A DNA stretch of 64,000 nt from NCBI GenBank assembly GCA_049601975.1, contig JBMYRC010000001.1, positions 18,041-82,040 of the forward strand, in the 5' to 3' direction. This document shows positions 21,630 through 30,531 of this stretch, piece by piece. Each line of letters begins with the position of its first letter. The stretch's first letter is position 1. The position numbers and the translations under genes were made by a program. This DNA is from Alphaproteobacteria bacterium. GTDB lineage: Bacteria > Pseudomonadota > Alphaproteobacteria > UBA8366. The notes under the pieces are model-generated. The model was not told where the DNA came from, ran no database searches, and saw only the letters and a list, made by a program, of their open reading frames with translations.

Positions 21630-22526
21630 ATGACCGAAGTAAGAAGCCAACTGACTCTCGGACTGCCCGTCATCGCGGCGGCATTGGCGGCGACCGTGAT
21701 ATGGGGACTGACCCCAGCGGTGACGAAATTGGCCGTCGGTGAAGTCGACCCGGTGAGTGCCGGGTTTTTGCGCACGGTAATCGCTGGACCCTTTTGTTTG
21801 GCGGTGGCGCTTTTCGCCAAATTACAACTGCCGCCAAGCGCTTCCGGGTGGGGTCAGTTGATCGGCTCGGCACTCGGGTGCTACATCGCATTTCCAGTGC
21901 TGTTCACCTTCGGTCAGGCGGACACGACTACGTCCCATGCAGCATTGATCATTGCGACGATGCCAATTTTCACCGGGCTTTTCGCTGCCATTGTAGAACG
22001 CCGGATGCCGTCGCGCGGATGGTGGATGGGATCCGGAATGGCGTTTTGCGGCGTCCTGGTACTTGTAGGCTCGCGCTTCGGTTATGCGGAGCCGGGTGTG
22101 ACCTTACGCGGTGACCTGCTTTGCTTGGCCTCAGCGATTTGCGGTTCCGCCGGTTATATAGCGGGTAGCCGTTTGACTTCAGTCATTGGGACGTGGGGAA
22201 CGACGTTCTGGGGCTTGGCCTTCTCAGGTGTCCTGAGCACCGTGGTTATCCTCGTGGTGCCGACGCCGACCGATTGGTCGACGGTGTCTTCATTCGGATA
22301 CGCGACCATAGCTTACTTGGCCATATTCGGCTCGATACTGGGATATGTCGCCTGGTATTGGGCCTTGGCGCGGGGCGGCGCGATGCGGATTGGGCCGATA
22401 CAGTTTCTGCTGCCCGTCATTGCGTTAACAGTCGCTGTGCTGGGCTTGGGAGAAATACTGACACTGCCGTTGATAATTTCAGCGGTTGCCATTGTCGGCG
22501 GCATTGCCGTCGCCCAAAGGTCTTAA
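21630..22526 (+). CDS. EamA/DMT-family transporter
   Basis: About 10 hydrophobic segments in a duplicated EamA architecture. Confidence 0.8.
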   Translation: MTEVRSQLTLGLPVIAAALAATVIWGLTPAVTKLAVGEVDPVSAGFLRTVIAGPFCLAVALFAKLQLPPSASGWGQLIGSALGCYIAFPVLFTFGQADTTTSHAALIIATMPIFTGLFAAIVERRMPSRGWWMGSGMAFCGVLVLVGSRFGYAEPGVTLRGDLLCLASAICGSAGYIAGSRLTSVIGTWGTTFWGLAFSGVLSTVVILVVPTPTDWSTVSSFGYATIAYLAIFGSILGYVAWYWALARGGAMRIGPIQFLLPVIALTVAVLGLGEILTLPLIISAVAIVGGIAVAQRS

Positions 22527-22549
22527 GTTTTGAACGAAGGAAATTTTCA

Positions 22550-23509
22550 ATGTTAGCCGACAAGAAAGCTATTTCTGCCGCTGCCGAGCTCATTGCGCAA
22601 CACATGCAGCCGACGCCGCAAATTTGTTGGCCGCTCTTATCGGCGCGCTGTGGTGCGGAAGTGTGGGTTAAGCATGAAAACCACACACCGATCGGCGCCT
22701 TCAAGGTGCGCGGTGGCTTGATCTATATGGATGCGCTAAAGCGTCGAACCCCCGACGTTCCGGGCGTCATCACGGCGACCCGGGGCAATCACGGACAATC
22801 CGTTGCCTTTGCTGCGCGGAGTGCGGGGGTGCGTGCCGTCGTCGTCGTGCCGCACGGCAACAGCGTTGAAAAGAATGCCGCCATGAAGGCCTTCGGGGCG
22901 GAGCTCATCGAACATGGCCGTGATTTCAATGAGGCCCTGGATTTCACGAAAGAGCAGGCGGAGGCACAGAAACTGGAATTCTTCCCATCCTTTGATCCCG
23001 ACTTAGTCGCCGGGGTTGGCACCTATACGGCGGAACTTCTCACGGCCGCACCTGACCTGGACGCGATCTACGTACCTATCGGCCTCGGTTCGGGTATTTG
23101 TGGGGCGATGTCGGCCCGCGATGCCCTGGGCTCCAAGGCTGACGTGATTGGTGTCGTTGCCGAAGGTGCAGCGAGCTATGCATTGTCCTACGAGGCCAGA
23201 AAGCCGGTACCGACCAATGCGGTCGACACCTTCGCCGACGGTCTCGCGGTTCGAATACCAGATGCGCGGGCACTCGAGGCGATCCTGGCGGGTGCCGCGC
23301 GGGTCGTCACAGTTTCTGAGTTGGAGATGAAGGCCGCGGTCCGCCACTATTACACAGATACACATAATCTAGCTGAAGGGGCGGGTGCCGCCTCTCTCGC
23401 GGCCCTCCTTCAGGAGAAAGAAGCAATGGCGGGTCGGAAAGTTGGTTTGGTCCTCTCTGGCGGGAATATCGACCGAGATCTCTATATGGACATCCTCGGC
23501 GGGAGCTGA
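22550..23509 (+). CDS. PLP-dependent threonine/serine dehydratase family protein
   Basis: The track ORF 22193..23509 overlaps eamA in its first 119 codons. ATG 22550, after AAGGA, gives a typical N-terminus. The HENHTPIGAFKVRGG PLP-lysine motif is present. Confidence 0.8.
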   Translation: MLADKKAISAAAELIAQHMQPTPQICWPLLSARCGAEVWVKHENHTPIGAFKVRGGLIYMDALKRRTPDVPGVITATRGNHGQSVAFAARSAGVRAVVVVPHGNSVEKNAAMKAFGAELIEHGRDFNEALDFTKEQAEAQKLEFFPSFDPDLVAGVGTYTAELLTAAPDLDAIYVPIGLGSGICGAMSARDALGSKADVIGVVAEGAASYALSYEARKPVPTNAVDTFADGLAVRIPDARALEAILAGAARVVTVSELEMKAAVRHYYTDTHNLAEGAGAASLAALLQEKEAMAGRKVGLVLSGGNIDRDLYMDILGGS

Positions 23510-23518
23510 GCCATCGTT

Positions 23519-23995
23519 ATGCCAAATATCCAAATCAAAACGGCTTCCACGAAAACCGATTTTGCCGCGATCCAGGATTTGTTTCGGGAGTACGCGGAAT
23601 CGCTTCCCTTCGATCTTGCCTATCAAAACTTCGAAGGCGAGATGGCGGCGTTTCCCGGCAAGTATGCCGAACCGCAAGGCTGTCTGCTTGTGGTGGAAGT
23701 CGACGGCGCGCCCATGGGTGCGGTCGGATTGAGGCCTTTGGAGACGGGAGTGGCGGAGATCAAACGTCTCTATGTGCGGCCCGGTACCCGTGGTCTTGGT
23801 ATAGGGCGCCTCTTGGTGGCGGAGATCGTCGCGCGTGGCCGTTCGATCGGCTACCGGACGCTCCGCCTCGATACGATCCGCGGATTGATGGTCGGTGCGG
23901 AGCGGCTGTATCAGGGTGTTGGTTTCGTTGAGATTCCGCCCTATTACGACAGTCCCATTGAAGGCGCCGTATATTACGAATTGCGCCTCACTTAA
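23519..23995 (+). CDS. GNAT-family N-acetyltransferase
   Basis: RLYVRPGTRGLGIGRLLV acetyl-CoA-binding motif (R/Q-x-x-G-x-G/A). Confidence 0.8.
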   Translation: MPNIQIKTASTKTDFAAIQDLFREYAESLPFDLAYQNFEGEMAAFPGKYAEPQGCLLVVEVDGAPMGAVGLRPLETGVAEIKRLYVRPGTRGLGIGRLLVAEIVARGRSIGYRTLRLDTIRGLMVGAERLYQGVGFVEIPPYYDSPIEGAVYYELRLT

Positions 23996-24066
23996 GTTTG
24001 CGCAAGAACCGGGTCGCGGCCGGCAGACAGAGGCTCTAGTTTCCCTGTAACATATGGAACAGCGAA

Positions 24067-24942
24067 ATGCCGGAGGTCGCGATGAACACGGAAAATGGAC
24101 AAGATTTGGCGGATGGACCGGACGGGATGCGAATATCCCGCGCTATCGAATATCTCACCAATAATTTCGAGATGCAGCCGTCACTGGATGATGCGGCACG
24201 GGAAGCCGGGCTCAGTAGTTTTCATTTTCAACGGATGTTCACTCGCTTCGTCGGCGTCAGCCCAAAGAAATTTATCCAACATCTGACGCTCAACCGGGCA
24301 AAAGAAAGTCTCGCATCTTCCGCCAGTGTTCTGGATGCGGCCTATGATGCAGGATTGTCAGGGCCGGGACGGCTGCACGACTTGTTTGTCACGCATGAAT
24401 CCCTGACACCGGGTGAATGGAAAGCTAAGGGTGCAGGCAAGAATATTGCCTATGGATGGCATCCAAGTCCCTTTGGCGATTGCTTGATCGTTGCCAGTGA
24501 CCGGGGTGTGTGCGGCCTAGCCTTCGAATTAGAAGAAGGGCGGGATGCCACGATTGACGATCTGTTCTCGTCTCTCGGCGAGGCCCGCCGAAAGGAAGAC
24601 CCGTCACTGACCAAGGAATTCGCCGACCGCACCTTTGATGGCGGGGAATTGAATGTCGTGCTGCGCGGCACGCCATTTCAATTGAAGGTTTGGGAAGGCT
24701 TGTTACGGATTCCGTCCGGTGTGGTCACGAGTTACGAGGGGCTAGCACGCTCTCTCGGCCGCCCGACCGCGGCCCGTGCGGTGGCCAGTGCCGTCGCCCG
24801 CAACCCGGTCTCTTGGCTCGTGCCGTGCCACCGGGTCTTGCGCGGAACAGGTGCGATTACAGGGTATCGGTGGGGACCATCGAAGAAACGCTCTATGCTG
24901 GCCGTGGAGGCGGCGGTGAGCGAAGAAAACGTGGCCGCTTAA
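24067..24942 (+). CDS. Bifunctional AraC-type HTH / methylated-DNA-protein-cysteine methyltransferase (Ada-like)
   Basis: N-terminal AraC HTH (AAREAGLSSFHFQRMFTRFVGVSPKKF) and C-terminal MGMT active site VPCHRV. Confidence 0.85.
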   Translation: MPEVAMNTENGQDLADGPDGMRISRAIEYLTNNFEMQPSLDDAAREAGLSSFHFQRMFTRFVGVSPKKFIQHLTLNRAKESLASSASVLDAAYDAGLSGPGRLHDLFVTHESLTPGEWKAKGAGKNIAYGWHPSPFGDCLIVASDRGVCGLAFELEEGRDATIDDLFSSLGEARRKEDPSLTKEFADRTFDGGELNVVLRGTPFQLKVWEGLLRIPSGVVTSYEGLARSLGRPTAARAVASAVARNPVSWLVPCHRVLRGTGAITGYRWGPSKKRSMLAVEAAVSEENVAA

Positions 24943-24988
24943 TCCGGGAGAAAGGATACCCGCCGGACGCGCGGCGACGCGATCTTTC

Positions 24989-25621
24989 CTATTTTATACG
25001 GCAGATGAAATACGCCTCGACATGGCGAGGACGGTTGTCGCCTTTATGGGCGTGGTTTCCGCTTTCCGAGACTTCATGCTGGTGGGCGTTCGTCGGGGGA
25101 AGGTTGTGGCTGTGATTTCCGGTCAGGTCGGTATTGAGTGCGTGCTGATGCGCACTACCGCGCTGGGACAAAGCTCCCGGTCCGCCGGGGAGGCCGCTGT
25201 TGGATGAGAGACCACCTCCGGCGGATCCTGTTTGCCCGGAATGGCGGTGCAAACCCGCGACGCCGCTCGTACGCATTTCGCTGTCGGGGGTATTTGCGGT
25301 TACCCCGCCATGAGCGTGTGCTCCGGCAGGTGAGGTTGAGATTTCGTCGGATCCACCGGTTTTGCCAATACTCTCTTTACTGCTTGCACCCCTGACGAAG
25401 GCGTCGCGTAGATCGGGCAGTCGCTGTCCAATGAGAGGTGAGTCTTGATCGCGGACGACCTCGCCGTTGCAAAGTGACCAGCTTGGCGGCAGCTTTTCTA
25501 AAGGTCCGAAGTATGGGATCGTCGCGCCGATCGGCACATGGCCGAAGTCGTTTGCAGCTATCGATACGTGTGGTGTCGAGAGAAGCAAACAGAATGCCGC
25601 GAAGGCTAGTCGGAACGGCAT
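24989..25621 (-). CDS. Secreted phage-tail-collar-domain protein with six HxH motifs
   Basis: Signal peptide ...PHVSIA|AN. Tail-collar hallmarks IGATIPYFG..LPPSWSLCNG, LPDLRDAFVRG and a C-terminal RPRHVEAYFICRI. HxH motifs at AHAH, HRH, HQH, HSH, HQH, HAH. Confidence 0.6.
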   Translation of the reverse strand: MPFRLAFAAFCLLLSTPHVSIAANDFGHVPIGATIPYFGPLEKLPPSWSLCNGEVVRDQDSPLIGQRLPDLRDAFVRGASSKESIGKTGGSDEISTSPAGAHAHGGVTANTPDSEMRTSGVAGLHRHSGQTGSAGGGLSSNSGLPGGPGALSQRGSAHQHALNTDLTGNHSHNLPPTNAHQHEVSESGNHAHKGDNRPRHVEAYFICRIK

Positions 25622-25639
25622 TCTTCCAATGCTCCCTCG

Positions 25640-26428
25640 TTAACTTTGTGCCGGTCCGTCCAGCCCGCCCCAGGCGATGAAATTGGGGTTTTCGTATCCG
25701 TTCTTGGCGTAACGGAAGGGCTGGCCGTCAATGGTCGTGACCCGTCCGCCCGCCGCTTCGAGGACGGCTTGTCCGGCGGCGGTGTCCCATTCCATGGTTC
25801 GGCCGAACCGTGGATATATGTCCGCCTCTCCTTCGGCGACGTGGCAAAATTTCAACGAACTTCCGGCGTTTCGCGTTTCGTGCACGCTGCGGCCGTCTAA
25901 TAGCGCCGCGATTTTCTTTGGATCGCCGTGCCGTCGGCTGGCAATAACGGTAACGCCTGCATCGGGAACGGGACGGATGCGAATTTCCTGAGCCGCCGAG
26001 CCTTCCACGCGGCTGTGGGCGCCTTCACCGACGACGCCTGCGTAGATCTTCCCGAGTGCGGGTGCGTAGACAACGCCGCATATCGCCTGTCCGTCTTCGA
26101 TCAAGGCGATGTTAACCGTAAATTCACCGTTTTTGCGCACGAACTCTTGGGTTCCATCCAAGGGATCGACCAGCCAGAATTTTCCTTCGCTGATGTCCGG
26201 TGAATGCCCGGCGGCGAAAGCTTCCTCGGCGACGATGGGAATGTCCGGGGAAATCGTCTTCAATCCGGCGATGATGATCTTCTCGGCCGCAGTATCAGCT
26301 TCGGTGACGGGGCTGTGATCGTCTTTATATTCGGCGACGAAATCTTCCGCGTAAATTTTCATGATGGCCACGCCGGCTTCAAGTGCCAGTTCTTCGAGGC
26401 GGGGGAGCATGTCGATGGGAGCGGTCAT
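25640..26428 (-). CDS. cysQ: 3'(2'),5'-bisphosphate nucleotidase CysQ (inositol monophosphatase family)
   Basis: SPVTEADTAAE...WLVDPLDGTQEF...W.DTAAGQAVLEAAGG motifs. The start overlaps the upstream stop by 4 nt. Confidence 0.8.
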   Translation of the reverse strand: MTAPIDMLPRLEELALEAGVAIMKIYAEDFVAEYKDDHSPVTEADTAAEKIIIAGLKTISPDIPIVAEEAFAAGHSPDISEGKFWLVDPLDGTQEFVRKNGEFTVNIALIEDGQAICGVVYAPALGKIYAGVVGEGAHSRVEGSAAQEIRIRPVPDAGVTVIASRRHGDPKKIAALLDGRSVHETRNAGSSLKFCHVAEGEADIYPRFGRTMEWDTAAGQAVLEAAGGRVTTIDGQPFRYAKNGYENPNFIAWGGLDGPAQS

Positions 26429-28731
26429 TTGGCCTCCTGAATGGCGTGCCAGACCCGCTCGGGTGTGGCGGGCATGTCGATATGAGTGACGCCGAGGGGT
26501 GCGAGTGCGTCGAGAATAGCATTGATGACCGCCGGTGGCGCGGCAACGGCTCCGGCTTCTCCGGCACCCTTAATCCCCATTGGATTGGTGGCGCAGGGAT
26601 AATCTTCGACCAGATCGACGACGAAAGGCGGCATGTCGTCCGCTCTCGGGACGCAATAATCCATAAACGATCCGGAAATTAATTGGCCGGTATCGTCGTA
26701 GACACAGTGTTCCATCAGCGCCTGGCCGATCCCTTGCGCCAGACCACCTTGTACCTGCCCTTCAAGAAGTAACGGGTTTACCAACCGGCCGAAGTCATCG
26801 ACAGCCCAATACCCGACAACACGGGTCGAGCCCGTTTCCGGATCGATCTCCACTTCGCAGGCATGACTGCCGTTGGGGAATGTCATGCCATCGGCAGCGA
26901 ACTGGGCCTCGCCATCAAGAACCTCGTCTCGCTCTGTCGCCGATTTTGCGGTTTCGGCCAAGGTCATCGTTCGGTCCGTCCCAGCGATTCGGAAGACTCC
27001 ATCTTCGTACTCGATATCGGCCTCAGCAGCTTCCATTGAGTCCGCGGCGAACCGTGTGCCATTTTTGATTACCGCGATGGAGGCGTTGTTGCATGCGGGA
27101 ATACCGTTCAACATCGAGCGCGATCCACCGGTACCACCCCCTGTTCGAATCCGGTCGGTGTCGCCCTGCACCATGCCAATACGGTTGATATCGATACCGA
27201 GGCGCTCCGAGACGGCTTGCGCGAAGACGGTCTCATGCCCTTGGCCGTTCGATTGATTGCCGATGAAAATTGTGGCGTTGCCATCGGGTGTGATCTCTAA
27301 ACGGGCTGCCTCTCCCGCACCGGCACGGACCCCCTTGATGTAATGCGCGATCCCCAAGCCGCGCAGCTTGCCCTGTGACTTCGCATCGGCGCGGCGTTCG
27401 GTAAATCCAACGGTACGTTGCTCGAGTGTGTCGAGCAGCGCGTTAAAGTCGCCTGAATCGTAAGTCCAGTTCATCGCGGTGGTGTAGGGAAGTTGCGACG
27501 GTTTGATGAAATTGCGCCGCCGTACCTCTCTTGCATCCATGCCGAGTGCGCGTGCGACCGCATCCATCGCCCGTTCAATAATATAAATGGCCTCCGGATG
27601 GCCGGCCCCGCGATAGGCATCGACCGGCACGGTGTTTGTAAAGACACCGCGTACTTCCAACGCAATCGCCGGAATGGTGTAAACCCCGCTCAACATCGCG
27701 GCGCCGCATTCAGTCGCTATATAGGGCGAGAAGTTGGAGACGAACGCGCCAAGATTGGCGTTCGTGCGCACGGACAGCGCTAAAACTTGGCCGTCGTCAT
27801 CGAAGCCGACCTCAATATCATTGACCTGATCGCGGCCGTGATAGTCGCTCGGGAAAGCATCGGCGGAGCGTTCCCCCGCCCATCGGACGGGGCGGCCAAG
27901 ATCGCGGGCCGCGAACAGTACGAGCGGTTGTTCCGGGTACATGAAAATCTTCATGCCAAACCCGCCGCCGACGTCATGGGTGACGACGCGGAAGGCGTCT
28001 TCCGGCAGTTTGAATAAATGCTCCGCGAGTTGCAGGCGTAGCGAGTGTGGTCCTTGGCTTGTCGTCGTCAGGGTAAAGCGGGTGCCGTCCCATTCGCCGA
28101 TGGCGATGCGCGGCTCGATGGAGGCGACAATGAGCCGATTGTTGACAACCCGAAGTGCAGCCTTTCGTGGCGCATCCGCCATTGCCGTTGCCGTCGCAGC
28201 ATGATCTCCGTCGCGCCAGACGAAGGAGGTGTTCTCCGGGATATCATTCCAGAGTTGGGGTGCGCCGGCATCATTGGCGCCAGCAGTGTCGACGATCGCG
28301 GGGTGAGCGTCGTAGTCGACCTCAATCAATTCCGCCGCGGCCTTTGCTGCCGAGACGGTCTCGGCGACGACTAAGGCGACTGGTTGGCCCACATAAACGG
28401 CTTTCTCGGTAGCTAAGATCGGATACGGAGGTGCTTTCAGTGCACTGCCGTCGGCTTGCTGGATAGGCGCCATGCATTGAATGGTGCCGAGTTCGGTAAT
28501 ATCCGTCGATGTGTAAATGCCAAGAACCCCGTCAACACCCATCGCCACCGCTGTATCGATGGACCGGATTGAAGCGTGGGCATGGGGCGAGCGCAGGACG
28601 ATGCCATGGGTTTCGTTAGGAAAGCTCACGTCATCGGTGTACTTGCCCTGGCCCGTCAGGAGACGCGGATCTTCAAGTCGGTAGACGGGTTGTCCCACGC
28701 CGAATTTGGGCAGGCTTCGCGCATCGTTCAT
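26425..28731 (-). CDS. Xanthine dehydrogenase/CoxL-family molybdopterin-binding large subunit
   Basis: 768 aa. N-terminal VYRLEDPRLLTGQGKYTDD and an active-site-loop region VDAYRGAGHPE (generic or form-II-like, not the AYXCSFR of true CO dehydrogenase). Confidence 0.85.
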   Translation of the reverse strand: MNDARSLPKFGVGQPVYRLEDPRLLTGQGKYTDDVSFPNETHGIVLRSPHAHASIRSIDTAVAMGVDGVLGIYTSTDITELGTIQCMAPIQQADGSALKAPPYPILATEKAVYVGQPVALVVAETVSAAKAAAELIEVDYDAHPAIVDTAGANDAGAPQLWNDIPENTSFVWRDGDHAATATAMADAPRKAALRVVNNRLIVASIEPRIAIGEWDGTRFTLTTTSQGPHSLRLQLAEHLFKLPEDAFRVVTHDVGGGFGMKIFMYPEQPLVLFAARDLGRPVRWAGERSADAFPSDYHGRDQVNDIEVGFDDDGQVLALSVRTNANLGAFVSNFSPYIATECGAAMLSGVYTIPAIALEVRGVFTNTVPVDAYRGAGHPEAIYIIERAMDAVARALGMDAREVRRRNFIKPSQLPYTTAMNWTYDSGDFNALLDTLEQRTVGFTERRADAKSQGKLRGLGIAHYIKGVRAGAGEAARLEITPDGNATIFIGNQSNGQGHETVFAQAVSERLGIDINRIGMVQGDTDRIRTGGGTGGSRSMLNGIPACNNASIAVIKNGTRFAADSMEAAEADIEYEDGVFRIAGTDRTMTLAETAKSATERDEVLDGEAQFAADGMTFPNGSHACEVEIDPETGSTRVVGYWAVDDFGRLVNPLLLEGQVQGGLAQGIGQALMEHCVYDDTGQLISGSFMDYCVPRADDMPPFVVDLVEDYPCATNPMGIKGAGEAGAVAAPPAVINAILDALAPLGVTHIDMPATPERVWHAIQEAK

Positions 28732-28759
28732 GTTTATGTGCCTGAGACGGAGTGGGAAA

Positions 28760-30163
28760 TCATTGTGGTTTGGGCGCGGCTTTCACGGAGATTGCGGTAA
28801 ACCGCCATGCCTGGAAATTATCCGACCAATGATCCATCGGCAATCCCGCCTTCTGCTTCAAGCGGGCGACGAATTCCGTAGTCTCTGGAATGCTTTCCCA
28901 AACTTGCGGCAAGAAGACGCTACGCTTGCCTTGATCAGCGATAATCAGTCCGTCGACCTTAGGTCGAAGCTGCCCCAAGAAATCCGCCTCATCGCTGAAC
29001 GACATCTCAGTAAACCGGCTGAGCAAGGAGATCGAGAGCTCAAGTTGTGCGGCCTCGTCTTCCTGTATTGGCGGGAAGCGCGGATCCTTCATCGCCGCCT
29101 TATAGGCGTTCTCGACGACATCCGAGATTAAGGGCTGATGGGCTTGAATGGTACCGATACAACCGCGCAACTGGCCGTTTTTGTTGATGGTAATAAAGGT
29201 CGCGCGGTTTTCATGCAGAACCGCCGGAAAGCTCGAGAGATCGACCTTCGGCGGTTTGCCGTTCTTTATGGAGTAGCCGACCGATTGCGCGGCGGCGCGA
29301 AAGATGCGCGCACCTTCGCGCTGCAACATGGTCCTGTCGTCCTCCACGGGAGTGGCGGGAGCGCCGACAGTATCGCCGCAAACGGCCCAAGAGCCGTATC
29401 CGACAACTTTGTCTTTCTTACCTGCCGTGTCACCCGAATTGCACAGATCGATACGGTCGACGGAGAGACCATGCTTTCGCGCGGCTAACAGCATACCGGC
29501 GACGGGGATACGCCCGCAGGCCTGGTCTCGCCCGATGGCAGCCGGGTTCATGTTCTCAATGGCGTCTGCCGTCGCACCGTCCAATTTTTGCGCGGTCTCG
29601 TAGTCTTGGTAATGGCTGAGATCGGTGCTGATAACCAAACGAGTGGAATCGTCACCCCATAGACGCTCTAGAACTTCCTCGACCTGTTCGCCCGCCACAT
29701 TGCCCGCCACTAGCGGCAGTAGTTTGAACTCACCGAGCACGGACTGCAGGAACGGGATGTGGACTTCTAGGGAATGTTCTTGGCGGTGTGGCTCGTCATC
29801 GAGCAGGACCTGCGGCATATCGCTAATGGCCGCGACCGCGTCGGTATCGATGGGCACGTCGCCGAGCGGCGTCTTGAACGCCTCCACTGTTGGGGCGGCG
29901 ATGCCTTGGAATGCTACGCGGTGTGCAGGACCGACCAGCACGATCCGCTTGATACTTTCCGCTTCCGATCGCCAGGCGGCATAGGCATTGGCCGCCACTT
30001 GACCCGAATAAACATAGCCGGCATGGGGCGCGATCAAGGCTTTCGGCGAGACGGTCGCCGGTATCGGCGCGGCGGAGAGATAGCCCGCGATATCGGAGGC
30101 AAGGGTCTCCCGTTCTGCCGGATAAAAGAAGCCCGCGACCGCTGGATCCCTCACATTGCCCAT
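28760..30163 (-). CDS. AmmeMemoRadiSam system protein B/A fusion (Memo-like N-terminus, AMMECR1-like C-terminus)
   Basis: N-terminal AGFFYPAE...ALIAPHAGYVYSG (Memo/AmmeMemoRadiSam B). C-terminal ...ATFITINKNGQLRGCIGTIQAHQPL (AMMECR1 LRGCIG motif). Confidence 0.8.
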   Translation of the reverse strand: MGNVRDPAVAGFFYPAERETLASDIAGYLSAAPIPATVSPKALIAPHAGYVYSGQVAANAYAAWRSEAESIKRIVLVGPAHRVAFQGIAAPTVEAFKTPLGDVPIDTDAVAAISDMPQVLLDDEPHRQEHSLEVHIPFLQSVLGEFKLLPLVAGNVAGEQVEEVLERLWGDDSTRLVISTDLSHYQDYETAQKLDGATADAIENMNPAAIGRDQACGRIPVAGMLLAARKHGLSVDRIDLCNSGDTAGKKDKVVGYGSWAVCGDTVGAPATPVEDDRTMLQREGARIFRAAAQSVGYSIKNGKPPKVDLSSFPAVLHENRATFITINKNGQLRGCIGTIQAHQPLISDVVENAYKAAMKDPRFPPIQEDEAAQLELSISLLSRFTEMSFSDEADFLGQLRPKVDGLIIADQGKRSVFLPQVWESIPETTEFVARLKQKAGLPMDHWSDNFQAWRFTAISVKAAPKPQ

Positions 30164-30166
30164 GAG

Positions 30167-30463
30167 CTACGTCCCCTTCTCCAGTCCGCCGAAGCATTCG
30201 AACTGAAACGCATTGTCGCCTTTGACGATGATCCGCGCGCGCTTGTCGAACTGGGCGCAATGACGGTCCGCTTTCTCAAGAGTGATTTCCTGGGAGCGTT
30301 TTGCGAAACTCTCGAACTCGACGCCGACAAATCCGATATTTAGCCGTGACTGACTTTCGACAATCCCGCCTTTGGCGTCGCCATTCACAATGGTCGGCGT
30401 ACAGCCCGAGATCAGTAAGAGCGCCATCGCGGCACATATCGCAGTTTTAGGTTCGCAATTCAT
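30167..30463 (-). CDS. Small lipoprotein, function unknown
   Basis: Lipobox LLISGC. 98 aa. The stop lies 3 nt before the Memo/AMMECR1 fusion start. Confidence 0.6.
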   Translation of the reverse strand: MNCEPKTAICAAMALLLISGCTPTIVNGDAKGGIVESQSRLNIGFVGVEFESFAKRSQEITLEKADRHCAQFDKRARIIVKGDNAFQFECFGGLEKGT

Positions 30464-30531
30464 TCACGGCCCTTACATGCCAATTCAGTGATGCTTCGCT
30501 ATAGTATATGTGGAGCGAGGGATGATTCGCT

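Noticed and set aside
22193-22549. A 119-codon N-terminal extension of the dehydratase ORF overlapping eamA.
   Set aside because: The extension is Arg/Gly-rich nonsense lying inside the well-supported EamA gene. ATG 22550 with an upstream AAGGA gives a normal dehydratase N-terminus.
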